Assembly: GCA_964016885.1 (NCBI GenBank) | Contig: OZ024740.1 | Span: 272,118,001-272,182,000, forward strand | Origin: Eledone cirrhosa | Taxonomy: Eukaryota | Direction of reading: 5' to 3' | Length of the DNA stretch: 64,000 nucleotides | Shown: positions 26,823 to 42,883 of the stretch, one piece after another | How the letters are laid out: each line of letters starts with the position of its first letter | Numbering within the stretch: the first letter of the stretch is position 1 | Program-made: the position numbers and the translations under genes | Notes under the pieces: model-generated | What the model was told of the DNA's origin: nothing | The model's database searches: none | The model's input: the letters and a program-made list of their open reading frames with translations, nothing else

Positions 26823-27182
26823 GTGCACATTAATATATATATAAACAAAAATATTTACACACTCACGTATAAGGGTAAACATAATTATCAATACACATAT
26901 GTTTGCACAACCACACGTATTCATCATTGCACATATACACACATGCATATATATGCAAAATGCACGTGTGTTTGCACAACCACACGTATTCATCATTGCA
27001 CATATACACACATGCATATATATGCAAAATGCACGTGTGTTTGCAAGCATGTACGTGTATAGTAATGCACCACAAACAAACACATTTTCTCAGACACAAA
27101 TCTGCATGTACCCATAAATACATACAAAATATACGCTAACTCACATATACATACACTCATATACGTCTAAGTGTATATATAT

Positions 27183-27235
<53 letters not shown>

Positions 27236-27249
27236 ATATACTATATATA

Positions 27250-27284
<35 letters not shown>

Positions 27285-27341
27285 CTCAAACGGCATACCG
27301 CCTATGGACGCATCTTAGCTACCATAAGACACATATATATA

Positions 27342-27418
<77 letters not shown>

Positions 27419-28032
27419 TATATTTATATATACATATATATATATACATATATATATATTATATACACACATATATATATGTATAATATATATATATATA
27501 TAGTATATATATATACATATATATACATATATATATATATACATACATAGACACACACACACATACATATATATATTTTATATATATATACATACATACA
27601 TACATATATATATATATATTTATTTATATATATGCATTATGTATACTATATATACACAGGCGCACACAAACTCGTATATATATATATTCACATAAATATA
27701 TACTTACATGCACTGTCCAGACAGTTACACAAACACACACAAACGCACAGACACACAAAAAATAGATAGATAGCTATTATGCCTAAATATATTCATGCAC
27801 ATATGCACGCAACTTTACTCAGACATACTCATACATACGTGCCTCTGCACTCACATATACAGCATATTCATACATCCAGATTTGTGAACAAACGCTCATA
27901 TATTACACTGTATGTGCGTCTTGTAGCAGTGACGTATGATCTTTGTGTGTACACGTTTAACACATACACATACTCGCTGTCTCTCTTTCACACACATACA
28001 CATCTTTATCCTCTATCCTCTATCCTCGCCAC

Positions 28033-28165
28033 CTCACCTGGCTTAATATCCTGTCTTGATTACTTTAATATCCGTTATAGGTCTGGTGTTCATTCCAGCG
28101 TACCCACCATAGTCCTCGCTAACGAGACCGGAAGTGCTTTTAACAGCTGCGAGGACCGGAAGTAT
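28033..28165 (-). promoter_or_regulatory. Candidate promoter / non-coding first exon: two ETS motifs and a splice donor
   Basis: ACCGGAAGT at 28127 and 28155 in a unique island between microsatellites; minus-strand CAG|GTGAGG at 28038/28037. Confidence 0.3.
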
Positions 28166-28167
28166 AC

Positions 28168-28204
<37 letters not shown>

Positions 28205-28237
28205 GGGAATAGAAAGGAACAAAGAGTGAAGCAGAGG

Positions 28238-28297
<60 letters not shown>

Positions 28298-28424
28298 GGA
28301 GAGAGGGAGAAAGAGAGAAAACAAGTAAATGACGACTGAGTCGTTCTATGTATGCACGGTTCGTATTATATATATATATAGTATATATATATATATATAT
28401 ATATTTATATAATACGAACCGTGC

Positions 28425-28460
<36 letters not shown>

Positions 28461-28534
28461 CGAACCGTGCATATGTATATATATATATATATATATTATA
28501 ATATAATACGAACCGTGCATATGTATATATATAT

Positions 28535-28566
<32 letters not shown>

Positions 28567-28685
28567 CATACAGTATATCACAACCACAAAGATTTACACA
28601 TACATACAGACACACATGCTGTGTCTATACGTATACATATTATATTTACACACACACACACACACACACACTCACATATTTGCAC

Positions 28686-28720
<35 letters not shown>

Positions 28721-28803
28721 CATATATATATATATAGAGAGAGAGAGGGGGGGAGAGATCGAGAAGAAGAGATAGACAGAAGATAGAGAAGTTATAAAGG
28801 TGT

Positions 28804-28861
<58 letters not shown>

Positions 28862-29049
28862 GAGAAAGTGGAAGAAAGAAAAGGAAGGAAAACCAGACAG
28901 AAAGGAGAAAAGAAGTTGAAGGCGAGTAAGGGATAAAAAGTTAGGAAGGATAGGGGTAGAAATGTGGTGCAATGGTGGTAGGGGTGGTCAAAGTAGTTGG
29001 TAATGAATGAGACACTGCAAGAGCGAGCAAGCGATACATTCCCAACCCA

Positions 29050-29124
<75 letters not shown>

Positions 29125-29180
29125 GTATATATATATGTATATATATATATATATATATAATATTATATTATATATATATG

Positions 29181-29235
<55 letters not shown>

Positions 29236-29237
29236 AG

Positions 29238-29268
<31 letters not shown>

Positions 29269-29277
29269 GTGTATATG

Positions 29278-29308
<31 letters not shown>

Positions 29309-29391
29309 ATATATATATATATGTATGTATAGTATATATAATTATATATATGTATATATATATATGTATATATATGACACACATATATATG

Positions 29392-29431
<40 letters not shown>

Positions 29432-29457
29432 AATATATATATATATAAGTATATAAG

Positions 29458-29489
<32 letters not shown>

Positions 29490-29541
29490 CATATATATAT
29501 TTTTATACAATATATATGTATATATATATATATATACAATA

Positions 29542-29586
<45 letters not shown>

Positions 29587-29615
29587 ATATATATATATAT
29601 ACGCAAATATATATA

Positions 29616-29653
<38 letters not shown>

Positions 29654-29689
29654 GCATATATATATATATATATAACATATATATGTTTG

Positions 29690-29727
<38 letters not shown>

Positions 29728-29776
29728 TATGTGTGTGTGTGGGGGGGGGGAGGTGCGTGAGTGTGTGTGTATTCGC

Positions 29777-29863
<87 letters not shown>

Positions 29864-30053
29864 ATATTATATATAACCCTCTCTTTCTCACCCTCTCTCT
29901 CTCTCTATATATATATATATGTATACATACACACACGACATACATATTTATACCATAGATGTATAGTTAGATAGATATAGATATAAGCATAATGGGAGAG
30001 TGTATGTTTGTTAATATGTGTCTTTAAAAAGAAGAAAACATAGAAAGTGTGTT

Positions 30054-30125
<72 letters not shown>

Positions 30126-30670
30126 TTCTGACAGGAAGAACAGAAATAAAATATTTATATAAATATTACAATAGAAATAGAGAGAGAGAGAGAGAGAGTG
30201 GGGGGGGGGGGGCGAGGGAGAAGAAGAAAGAGTGAGTAAGGTGGGAGATAAAGATAGGTTGATAGATGGAGAGTGAGAGATAGAAAGATAGAGAGATAAA
30301 GAGAGAAGGGAGGGGAAGAAGAGATTGTAAGGCGGGGAATAAAGATAGATTAATAGAGAGCGAGCGATAGATAAATAGAGAAAAATAGAGAGAGAGAGAG
30401 GGGTGGGGGGAGGAGAAGAAGAGAGAAAAAGGTGGGTATAAAGATAGATTATAGATACAGAGCGAGAGATAGATAGATAGAGAGAGAGAGAGATGAATAG
30501 AGTGAGATAGAGAGAAAGGAGAGGAAGAAAGAGAGAGTAAGGTGGGAGATAAAGATAGATTGATAGATACAGAGCGAGAGGTAGATAGATTGAGAGAGAT
30601 AGAGAGAGAGGGAGAGAGGAAGAAAGAGAGGGAAAGGTGGTCATAACTATAGATTAATAGATACAGAGCG

Positions 30671-30719
<49 letters not shown>

Positions 30720-30776
30720 TGGAGAGTGGGGAGAGGGGGGGAGGAGAAGGAGAGAGAAAGGGAGAAATGCATGTGT

Positions 30777-30838
<62 letters not shown>

Positions 30839-31051
30839 TTGTGCGGAAGGAAAAGTGTGTATTGTGTGTGTGTATGAAGGAAAGGACGGGATGAAGTGGA
30901 TAAATATTTGAAAAATAATTTACACAATTCGAATCTTAAAATGACGGGAAATAAAGACGAACAAAAGGCGAGCCATCAATCGATCGATCGAACAACCGAC
31001 AAGTTGCTTGAAGTTTTAAAAACGAACAACGATATAAAAGATTATGATGGG

Positions 31052-31198
31052 AGCGTAGAGATGACGCGCTCGTAGAGGAGATGGCGGGCACGCAGAGGAG
31101 ATGACGGGCGCGTAGAGGAGATGACGGACGCGTAGAGGACGTGGCGGGTCGCGTAGAGGACGTGGCGGGCGCGTAGAGGAGATGACGCGATTGGAGGA
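31052..31198. repeat. GC-rich ~20-bp minisatellite (GCGTAGAGGAGATGACGGGC) x ~7
   Basis: Direct reading. Confidence 0.85.
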
Positions 31199-31784
31199 GT
31201 TAAATTTTTGAATAAGTCAAAAGTTCTTTTATTTTTTCCTCAATATTTCCACCATCTTGTTTTGTTTGGCTTTCAATTTTCTTTTGTTTTAATTGGTCCT
31301 TTTGTAATTTTGTTTTGTAAAGAAACGCAAACTTTTATTTCAATTTAATTTTATATATTTCTTTCTTGTTTTCTTATTTTATTATGTTATCCAGAGAGAG
31401 AGAGGGAGGAGAGAGGGAGAGAGAGGGAGAGAGAGGGAGAGAGAGGGAGAGAGAGAGAGAGAGGGAGAGAGAGAGAGTAAAACGGAGATTAGGATGAGGG
31501 TAATAAGGATCTACTCTTAGTAATTATTATGCAGTACATGTTGGCTACTAAATTATTACCAAGACATAGCATGACAGAATTAGCTGCTGTCCTTCTCTGA
31601 TAATCGAAATTAGTCGAGATAAAAAACCACAAAAACTTAATAAATGAATGTATAAATCAAAATGAAAGAGGAGTATAAAATGCTTTCTTTAATAAACCAT
31701 TCAGAAAAGAAAGCAAAAATTAACAGGAAAGATGATAGAACGAACAATAACAACATCAACCACAACAACAAAAATAAGGGGTTT

Positions 31785-32556
31785 TAATTTAGGCACAAGG
31801 CTAGCATTTTTGAAGGAGGTGAAAGTCGATCAAATCGAACCAGTAATTAACTGGTACTTTATTTTATCGACTCGAAAGGATGAAAGGCGAAGTTAACTTC
31901 GGTGGGATTTAACTATGAACATAAAGAACCAGAAACAACAACAACAACAACGATAATAATTGGGGGAGGGGGAACGTTGATTAACTCGATCCAGCACGTT
32001 ATTGGTACATTATTTTAAGGATAAAAGGCAAAGCTAACCTCGGCGGGATTTGAACCCAGAACGCAAAGGGACGTAACTATGTGCTGCAAAACATGTTGTC
32101 CGACGCTCTACCGATATTACCAATTCACTACCCTAATTAAAAATTGTTTCTACTTTAGGCACAAGGCCAGCAATTACCCATTGCATTACTGGTACTATTA
32201 TTTTATCGACCCCGTAAGGATGAAAGGCAAAGTCAACCTCGGCGGGATTTGAACTCAGATCGTAAAGGGACGTAACTATGCTGGAAAGCATGGCGTCCGA
32301 CCCTCCACCGATACTGCCAATCCACCGCCCTAATAATAATGGTTTCTGATATAGACACAAGGCTAACAGTTTTTGGGGAGGGAAAGTCGATTAAATCGAC
32401 CCCAGTGTATTAGTGGTACTTTATTTTATCGACCCTGTAAAGATGAAAGGGAAAGTTAACCTCGGCGGGATTTGAACTCAGACCGTAAAGGGCCGTAGCT
32501 CTATATCACGAAGCATGGTGTCCGACGCTCTACCGATTCTGCCAATCCACCATCCA
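31785..32556 (-). mobile_element. Head-to-tail cluster of four family A SINEs
   Basis: Same consensus, variable divergence. Confidence 0.8.
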
Positions 32557-33004
32557 AATAGTAATAATATTTTTACAGGCTACAAAGACATGCACAGAGA
32601 CATGCACAAAGAGATGCACAAAGTAATGCAGTGAACAATATAAACATGTATGTAAAAAGTAAACAGAAATAACAAAACAAACGACACAGAAGATTTAAAA
32701 AGGTATTAATTTAACACTTGAAATAGCAGGAAAAGAATCTAAATGTTTCGGATACTAGCCCTCATCAAAAGATAGAGTTAGAAATAAAATTTAAAATAGA
32801 AAGATAAAAAGTGAGAACAGGAAGGAAAGGGAAAATAAATGAGAAAAAGGGAAAAAACACAGGAACTGTATCCCAAGGATATTTGGTTTTATTTTGGACT
32901 TTACTGTCCCCCCCCCCCCATCTCTCCCACTTTGTTTGATTGTTTTGTCTTGTTTCTTTCTTTAATTTTTCAACACTGTTCTGTATTTCTGTAGTTATCC
33001 GTAC

Positions 33005-33330
33005 CTTCTTCTTCTTCTTCTTCTTCTTCTTCTTCTTCTTCTTCTTCTTCTTCTTCTTCTTCTTCTTCACACTCTTTCCAGCGGGTCCTGTCAGAAGCAA
33101 CCATCTCTAGCTGATCTGGCTGGATCCCCATGGGAGACCAGCCAAGCTCAAGGATGTTATCCAACCATCTTGCTCGGGGGGGGGGGGGGCACTCTTGGGT
33201 CTGCTACCGGTTGGTTTTACCCTTAAAATCTATCCAGCAATTCTTTTCTGAGATATTCTAACTACATGTTCTTCATCGTCAGTCTTATTACATTTGATTC
33301 TGTGCCTATAACTGGACAGAGTTCTGGAAT
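33005..33330 (-). mobile_element. RTE-like LINE 3' end with (GAA)n tail
   Basis: PTGSRP..PRARWLDNI..LEMVASDRTRWKEC followed by (GAA)n. Confidence 0.7.
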
Positions 33331-33375
33331 GGCAGAGGTGTCATGAATACTTGCAAAACCATACTGACCCTTTCC

Positions 33376-33768
33376 GAACACATAACATTTCTTATTACTT
33401 TTCTACTTATTATATACCAATACTGTTTAACAAAAGCAACTCTGACCAAAAGATCGATGTCATTCGCTATGACTCTAACTGTTACCTTTGTATTGCGTCT
33501 TTGTGAACGGGTATTCGCGTACTATTTCTGCTTGTCTCTTCGCTTCCTACATTCCCCTGAAAGTCAAACAGAACACATATAATTTCTTATTACTTTTGTA
33601 CTTATTAGATACCAGTAATGTTTAACAAAGGCAACTATGAGCAAAAGATCGATGTCATTCACTATGCCTCTAACTGTTACCTTTGTATTGCGTCTTTGTG
33701 AACGGGGTTTTCGCGTACTATTTCTGTTTGTCTCTTCGCTTCCTACATGCCCCCGAAAGTCAAACAGA
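33376..33768. repeat. ~195-bp tandem duplication
   Basis: 33376-33570 is similar to 33571-33768. Confidence 0.85.
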
Positions 33769-34221
33769 CGACCCCATAGTCTTTGCCCTTTTCTATATTT
33801 AGCGTTTTAGTCCAGACGTTAGATAGTCCCTGTTTAAATTCATTTTTTGAAGACTTAGAAAATACCCCCTATGCCCTCCATCCTCTGTGAGATAAAGATA
33901 AATCAGTTTCCTCCTTGGTCGATTCTAATATATTCTTCGAGCAAGGAGATACGATTATTTTGAATACAGTGCAGCCATTGGTCAGATCGGTCTTTACTTT
34001 CGCCATAGCTAAACATTCTATATTGCTTGCTACATTGGACATTGGCGATCAATGTTAGTATCTGTGTGTTAGTGTCAAAGTGTGTGCGTGAGTGTGTGTG
34101 TGCGTGAGTGTGTGTGTGCGTGAGTGTGCGTGCGTAGAATATTGTTGCTGTTATTGCTGCTATTTATATATGAAAATTACCTTTTACGGACAAAAGACCG
34201 AGGCTATTATTATATTTAAGT

Positions 34222-34414
34222 CTGGCAGTGGATTGGCAGTATCGGTAGAGGGTCAGACGCCATGCTTTGCGGCAAAGAGTTACGGCCCTTTATGGTCTGA
34301 GTTCAAATCCTGCCGAGGTTAACTTTGCCTTTCATCGTTACGGGGTCGATAAAATAAATTACCAGTAATACACTGGGATAATTGCTGGCCTTGTGCCAAA
34401 AGTAGAAACAATTA
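34222..34414 (+). mobile_element. Family A SINE with probable target-site duplication (TTATTATATTTAAGTCT)
   Basis: Full consensus; TTATTATATTTAAGTCT occurs immediately on both sides. Confidence 0.85.
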
Positions 34415-35372
34415 TTATATTTAAGTCTTCTTATACCCTACCGTCTTAAAAAAATGGAAGTACCCATTGGAAAATGTGGTCCTTAATACACCATGTTTAA
34501 AACAAAAGACGTGTTAGTCATAGATGGATGGCTTTTGATCATGGGTCTGCTCAGTGTAAGGTTGACTTAGAACTAAAGCAACAACTAAAAAATAACTCAT
34601 AATAAGAGGAAAATAGAAAAGTGAAACAGATGCACGATATTAGAAGTTAAAATATCTTAGTAGACATAAACCAGTCTGGATCTGATGATGATTTCAAAAG
34701 TTCTTGGGATGTTATAATGCTGCAGGCGATGTGATGTGGTGCGATGAAATTGTATTGAAAAGCTATAAATTATTCTCAGACACAGATAACTGGCGTAAAT
34801 ATAATTGAACTACTTTCTAACTTACTGTCTGAGTAAGTTAGAAAATCGTTGAATTTTATTTATGCCTGTAATATATTTAAGAAAAAAGACATGGACATAA
34901 GGAATCTTATTGCTTTCCATTAAAATCAAATGGTTTTCTACGTGAGTTCTGGATACGCTTTACTGAATGATAATAATAATAATCTCTCTCACTCTCTCAC
35001 TCTCTCTCTCTCACACACGCACACACACACATACACACATACACACACACACACACACACTCTCTCTCGCCCCCTCTCTCTCTCTATATATATATATATA
35101 CATTCATACATGCGTGTGTGTATGTATATATGTGTGTATGTAAGTTTGTGTCTATGTTTACGATAACTATTTGTTTATGTTTGGTTTGACAAGAGATTGA
35201 TGCAGTAAGTACCAAACTGAAAAACTTATAGTACCGGGGTGGATATCAAACTGGTGTCGTAACATGGTCGTAGTTAAATTGCAGGAACCTGTAAAAAGTT
35301 AAAAGAAAGAATATATATATATATATAGTGACGAAACATAAGTCAATGGCATGAACTCATAATCCTTTATTT

Positions 35373-35428
35373 ACTGCTATATATATTTCGATGATAGCCA
35401 TTGAATGGCTATGACCTCACCAGGCAGT
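35373..35428 (-). ncRNA. Minimal HHR with core mutation (CUGGUGA), in a (TA)n-flanked insert
   Basis: ACTGC CTGGTGA ggtc ATAGCCAT..ATGGCTAT catc GAAA TATATA TA^GCAGT. Confidence 0.6.
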
Positions 35429-35514
35429 TAGTCAGTTCTTAGATATGCCAGCTCTGTGTGTATAGTGTTGATGGTATCAGAGCCTTGGGACATATATATA
35501 TATATATATATATA

Positions 35515-35768
35515 AATAAGTAGCTAAAAATATCCAAGGTGTAGGGATACTCAAGTCCGTACGGTGAGTTTGAAAATTATTATAATTATCAAGGTTAGTT
35601 ATTACAACGGCGCCATATTAAGTACATACGTTTCGTTAACCCCCGAGGACCAACTTGTTCAACTTGTTCATCTTATGTTCATTTTCCTCGGCATAGGTTG
35701 AACATGTTGGTCCTCAGGGCTGACGAAACGTACGTACCTGGTGTGGTGCCGTTGTAGAATCTAGCCTT
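35515..35768. mobile_element. Diverged inverted-repeat element with HHR 3' halves
   Basis: Arms ~35591-35663 / 35697-35768; GAAACGTACGTA on the right arm. Confidence 0.6.
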
Positions 35769-37257
35769 ATTTTTTATGTGTTCTTTCCTCCCACTCCATT
35801 AATTTCAATGGCTCATATTTTTAACACATCTTGCTTGCTTTCTTCTTGCCTTTTTCCTTCCTTTTCTTTTTTCTTTTCCCTCTCCGGACAGTTTCGTGCT
35901 ATAAGAGGCACAATACGTTTTCCTTGTCGTCACGTGAAATTCTATGTGTACTTGTCATAGCTTAATTGCTAAACATTGTTGTTTGTCCCTCCCGTCTTTT
36001 ACTCCATAGGACAAGTCTTTGACTTGTGTCAGATGGTGTAACCCCCGGTGAACCAGCATTACCTTTGGTAGGGGTCGAAAATGTCAAAGTCCATCTCAAC
36101 GGCCGACATCCTGGAGTTCTGCGACTTTCAAAAAATAAATTTTTTAGATTTCCCCTTAAAAACCATTAACCTCAACTCTTCTGATTAATAATTGCATTGT
36201 TTCTTCCAGGGACTATGTTGAAAATTAAACCTCATTTGGTCATTCCATGAGAGTATCTTGGTCAGCCTATGAACCTTTCAGCCGACCCTCGTATTAGCGC
36301 GGAAAAATATCAGGCATAAAAATGAATAAATAAATAAATAAATAGATAAATAAATAAAGAAATTAAGAAAGAAATCACTATATAAATTTCTGCGATTCTG
36401 TCACAACACGTAAAGAGAGAGGAATAGTTTGACTACCTCATACTACTTCTCTCTCTTTACGCCTGCTGCTTGCGTAAATGTATGTGTGTGTAAAATGAAG
36501 GAAGGGGGTGTGTGCCTTTATTTGTTTATATGTGTGAATGTATGTGCGCGAGTGTGTGAATGTATGTGTATTTGTTTGAATGTATGTGTATTTGTGTGAA
36601 TGTATGTGTGTGTGTTTGTGTGAATGTATATGTGTTTGTGTGAATGTATGTGTATTTGTGTGAATGTATGTGTGTGAGTGTGTGAATGTATGTGTATTTG
36701 TGTGAATGTATGTGTATTTGTGTGAATGTATGTGTGTGAGCGTGGGAATGTATGTGTATTTGTGTGAATGTATGTGTGTGTGTGTTTGTGTGAATGTATA
36801 TGTGTTTGTGTGAATGTATGTGTATTTGTGTGAATGTATGTGTGTGAATGTGGGAATGTATGTGTATTTGTGTGAATGTATGTATGTGAGTGTGTGAATG
36901 TATGTGTGTGAGTGTGTGAATGTATGTGTATTTGTGTGAATGTATGTGTGTGTGTTTGTGTGAATGTATATGTGTTTGTGTGAATGTATGTCTATTTTTG
37001 TAAATGTATGTGTGTATGTGTGGGAATGTATGTGTATTTGTGTGAATGTATGTGTGTGAGTGTGTGAATGTATGTGTGAGTGTGAATGTATGTGTATTTG
37101 TGTGAATGTATGTCAGTGAGCGTGTATTTTTGTAAGCGTGTCTGTATTTGCACGTTTATATTTATATACTCATACAGTAGTGCAGTGGAAGAATTATATA
37201 TCTCTCTCTGTATATATATATATATGTGTATGTTATATCGAATGAATAGAAACACAC

Positions 37258-37373
<116 letters not shown>

Positions 37374-37980
37374 ATACACTAATACATAGACATGTTACAT
37401 ACTTATACAAACTTGCCATTTACAAAGTCTCTCTCTTAAGTCATTGGTCAACGGAAGGCTGCGATAGAAAATATTTGTTCAAGATGTAGCGCAGTGGGAC
37501 CGAACTCAGAAGCACGTAGTTGTTCAGCAAAGTTCTTAATAAAACGACTAATTTCATAATATACCCATTGAATATATAATAATGGCGTGGAGAAAAAAAG
37601 GGAACCTCTACACTCACATATGCACACTCACTCATACATATAAATGTATGCATCTACACATATACACACGTACACTCATATACACATACGAGTCAGCATA
37701 TAGAAAAAAAAATTCTAGTATATAAAAAAAATATGGCGGAATAAGAAGTATTTATCACATTCACGTGATATCGTATTTTCAATGCATAATCTCTCTGTTG
37801 ATTGTGAAGGTTTTTAAAAAGACATTAATAAATTGCATGATATAATTATGACATAGGATTTACGTTCTCCGTTTACCAATATTATCTACTGTCGACATTG
37901 GCACCGACAAGCTGTCAAATGGCCAAGTATGCTATATACTATAATAATGAAAGAAACCCGTAGTTCTAAAGCTACAATTG

Positions 37981-38052
37981 GGTATGTATGTATGTATGTA
38001 TGTATGTATGTATGTATGTATGTATGTATGTATGTATGTATGTATGTATGTA

Positions 38053-38085
<33 letters not shown>

Positions 38086-39262
38086 ATGTATGTATGCATG
38101 TGTGTATGTATGTGTGTATGTATGTATGTATGTATGTATGTATGTATCTATGTATGTATATATGCATGTATGTATGTATGTATGTATGTATGCATGTATG
38201 AATGTACGTGTGTATGTATGGATGTGTGTATGTGTGTATGTGTGTATGTATGTATGTATGTATGCATGTATGTATGTATCTATGTATGTATGAATGTATG
38301 TATGTATGCATGTATGTATGTATCTATGTATGTATGTATGTATGCATGTATATATGTATCTATGTATGTATGTATGTATGCATGTATGAATGTATGTGTG
38401 TATGTATGGATGTGTGTATGTGTGTATATATGGATGTGTGTATGTGTGTATGTATGTATGTGTGTATGTGTGTATGTATGCGTGTGTATGTATGTATGTA
38501 TGTATGTATGTATGTATGTATGTATGTATGCATGTATGCATGTATGTATGTATCTATGTATGTATGTATGTATGCATGTGTGTATGTATGTGTGTATGTG
38601 TGTATGTATGTATGTGTGTATGTGTGTATGTATGCGTGTGTATGTATGTATGTATGTATGTATGTATGTATGTATGTATGTATGTATGCATGTATGCATG
38701 TATGTATCTATGTATCTATGTATGTATGTATGTATGCATGTGTGTATGTATGTGTGTATGTATGTATGTATGTATGTATGTGTGTATGTATGTATGTATG
38801 TATGTATGTATGTATGCATGTATGCATGTATGTATGTATGTATGTATGCATGTGTGTATGTATGTATGTATGCATGTATGTAAGTATGTATGTATGCATG
38901 TATGTGTGTATGTATGCATGCATCTATGTATGTATGCATGTATGTATGTATGTATGTATGTATGTATGTATGCATGTATGTATGTATGTATGTATGTATG
39001 TATGTATGTATGTATGCATGCATGCATGTATGCATGCATGTATGTATGTATGTATGTATGCATGCATGCATGCATGTATGTATGTATGTATGCATGCATG
39101 CATGTATGCATGTATGTATGTATCTATGTATGTATGTATGCATGTATGAATGTATGTGTGTATGTATGTATGTATGTGTGTATGTATGTATGTATGTGTG
39201 TGTATGTATGTATGTATGTATGTATGTATGTATGTATGTATGTATGTATGTATGTATGTATG

Positions 39263-39344
<82 letters not shown>

Positions 39345-39950
39345 ACTAACTATCTGTGTGTGTGCATGTATATATACAAGTTTATTACCTAGGTATATAT
39401 TTGAATATATAAGTCTATGTATATATTATGATGTATGTACGTATGTATGTACGTACGTATGTATGTATGTATGTATGCATGTATGCATGTATTTATGTAT
39501 GCATGCATTCATGTGTATATTTTCATATATACATGCTCACATACACACTCATACAGACATATACACATACTTACATACATACATATATATACATACATAC
39601 AAACATACATACATCATGCATACATACATACATACATACATACATACTGATGCATACATACATACACACATACATACATATATACATACATACAAACATA
39701 CAAACATACATACATCATAATACATACATAGACTTATTCAAATATACACTTAGGTAATAAACTTGTATATATATACACACAGATAGATAGATACGTAAAT
39801 GCATACGTACATACATACATACATACATACAAACATACATACATGCATCATACATACGTACATACATACATACATCATACATACAAACATACATACAAAC
39901 ATACACACATCTTACAAACATACATACATATACATACACACACACACACA
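37981..39950. repeat. Long (TATG)n/(TCTA)n/(CATA)n microsatellite block
   Basis: Direct reading. Confidence 0.95.
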
Positions 39951-40412
39951 CTACTCTGCATCAATGCTTGTATCACCAATATCGACACGGATTAGTATTT
40001 ACAAGGATGCCAGCGTGAAATAAGCTTATGAATCAAATGCTATAAATATTCAAACATAACTAACTAGACACACACACACACACACATACACACACACTCA
40101 CTCACACAGACACAGACGCAGACACACACATACGCACACACACACACACACATATATATACATACATATATATATATATATATAAAATACCAGGTGGACA
40201 CTCTGTGTGTATATATTATATATATATTTAGGTTTGAAGGTTCACCACTGGACAATTCCGTATGGTCAATCTTGATGTATTAATATGGAGAGTACTCAAC
40301 GTAAAGCAGCTCAACCGTCTTCGTTTGTGTAGTTGGTGGTGCGAGTACGGAGTTAAATATTATAATAAAATAACAGGAAGCTGGACTTGTGTAAATCCTT
40401 GAAAGGTTTATT

Positions 40413-40470
40413 ATACTATGATCATTTCAATGATTGGGTTCCGTATGAATCCGGTGATATCATCAGGTAT
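40413..40470 (-). ncRNA. Minimal hammerhead ribozyme (mirror copy)
   Basis: Reverse complement of 41312-41369 with one substitution. Confidence 0.72.
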
Positions 40471-41311
40471 TCGAAATATAATAAATGCATGTAACAGATA
40501 ACATCCATGGGGTTGAAAATCATAGACCCGTGGACGACCGACCATCTAGCATCTTCCACTTTAGCCGGTCGCCCTGAAGTGCTGCCCATTCGGCCTACTT
40601 AAGGCTATCTGGGGGGGGGGGGGGGGCTAAAGCATATAGTGTGCTACTAACCTCCCGGTCAAAGAGAAGAAAAACAGAAAGGAAGAAGAAAAAAAGTCAG
40701 CGTTAATGTCATGCTACAAGAAAAAAGACAGAAAGAAAGAGGAAGAAAAGTCAGCATTAATGCCATGCTACAGTCAGGCCAGGAATTGCCGCGAAAAAAG
40801 TTATTCTAATTTTTTAATTTTATAATGTTAATCTTTAATTTTTTTAACTTCATCCTATAAATCTAAACAAAATTTAACGTTCCAATCTTCTGCTCACACA
40901 TTATACCATGTAGACCCCTACTATATATACCTCTGTTATAATATATACCTCTGTTAAGATACCGGTCCTTTAGAATAACTTTTTTCGCGGCAATTCCTGA
41001 CCTGACTGTAGCATGGCATTAATGCTGACTTTTCTTCCTCTTTCTTTCTGTCTTTTTTCTTGTAGCATGACATTAACGCTGACTTTTCTTCTTCTTCCTT
41101 TCTGTTTTTCTTCTCTTTGACCGGGAGGTTAGTAGCACACTATATGCTTTAGCCCCCCCCCCCCCCATCCCAGATAGCCTTAAGTAGGCCGAATGGGCAG
41201 CATTTGAGGGCGACCGGCTAAAGTGGAAGATGCTAGATGGTCGGTCGTCCTCGGGTCTATGATTTTCAGCCCCATGGATTTTATCTGTTACATTCATTTA
41301 TCATATTTCGA

Positions 41312-41369
41312 ATACCTGATGATATCACCGGATTCATACGGAACCCGATCATTGAAATGATCATAGTAT
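41312..41369 (+). ncRNA. Minimal type-I hammerhead ribozyme
   Basis: ATAC CTGATGA [imperfect stem II] GAAA TGATCA TA^GTAT; palindromic stem III. Confidence 0.75.
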
Positions 41370-41421
41370 AATAAACCTTTCAAGGATTTACACAAGTTCA
41401 GCCTCCTGTTATTTTATTATA

Positions 41422-41499
<78 letters not shown>

Positions 41500-41655
41500 T
41501 GTCCCTTTATGATCTGAGTTCAAATCCCGCCGAGGTTAACTTTGCCTTTCATCCTTACGGGGTCGATAAAATAAAGTACCAGTAATGTACTGGGTAATTT
41601 CTGGCCTTGTGCCAAAAAGTAGAAACAATTATATATATATATATTATATATATAC

Positions 41656-41686
<31 letters not shown>

Positions 41687-41919
41687 GTTTTCCAAGAGAT
41701 GGTATCATGAATGGACCTGTTATATTTCTCTAAAAACATTTTTTCCGATTCCACCCCGCCCGTCCCTTCAATCTTATTTCTCATACTTTCTTCTGATGAA
41801 AGGCTAGCGTCCAAAATATCCAGACGCTCTTCCTGAGACCCTCTTCCTGCTATTTCAAGCGTTAAACTAATATATTCCTTCCATATACTGTACCGATTGT
41901 GTTGTTATTTTTGTTTACC

Positions 41920-42298
<379 letters not shown>

Positions 42299-42437
42299 AC
42301 TAGAAATTGATTGACATATACATATATATCTAAAATAAACATATGAAACAATCACAGGGAATAATTTGTGGATATGGCGCATGTCTCTCTGACATGACGC
42401 CCTTAAATTAATTTAATTTAATTTTGAATATATATAT

Positions 42438-42883
42438 ACTAGACCTGAAAAATGTGCAAGCTCAAAAGAGCCACAGAATGTTATAATAAACCTTCAAAAG
42501 TGTGGGACTAGAGTTGTTGCTCAAAAATATTGTAATCATTATCTATCGTACAATCTGTGGCATTCTTTTATAAAAAAGAGACTCATAACGAACTCAAGAC
42601 AACACGATAATTATTTAAGCTAATGTTCAATATCTCATATTAGATGTTTAGTAATGATTAATACGAAATGCACTTAAACCGAATTCTATATTATAAATTC
42701 ACTTAAATAATTATCGTCTCGTCTTGAGTTCGTTATGAGTCTCTTTTTTATAAAAGGATGCCACAGATTGTACGATAAATAATGATTACAATATTTTTGA
42801 GCAACAACTCTAGTCCCACACTTTTGAAGGTTTATTATAACATTCTGTGGCTCTTTTGAGCTTGCGCATTTTTCAGGTCTAGT
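42438..42883. repeat. Inverted repeat with ~180-bp arms ending in CTAG; no HHR seen
   Basis: 42438-42619 / 42702-42883. Confidence 0.85.

Larger units (their letters stand above)
40230..41425. mobile_element. Non-coding palindromic element (~450-bp arms) with outward-facing HHRs, TA-flanked
   Basis: Arms 40357-40805 / 40972-41425; the left arm extends to ~40230. Confidence 0.85.
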
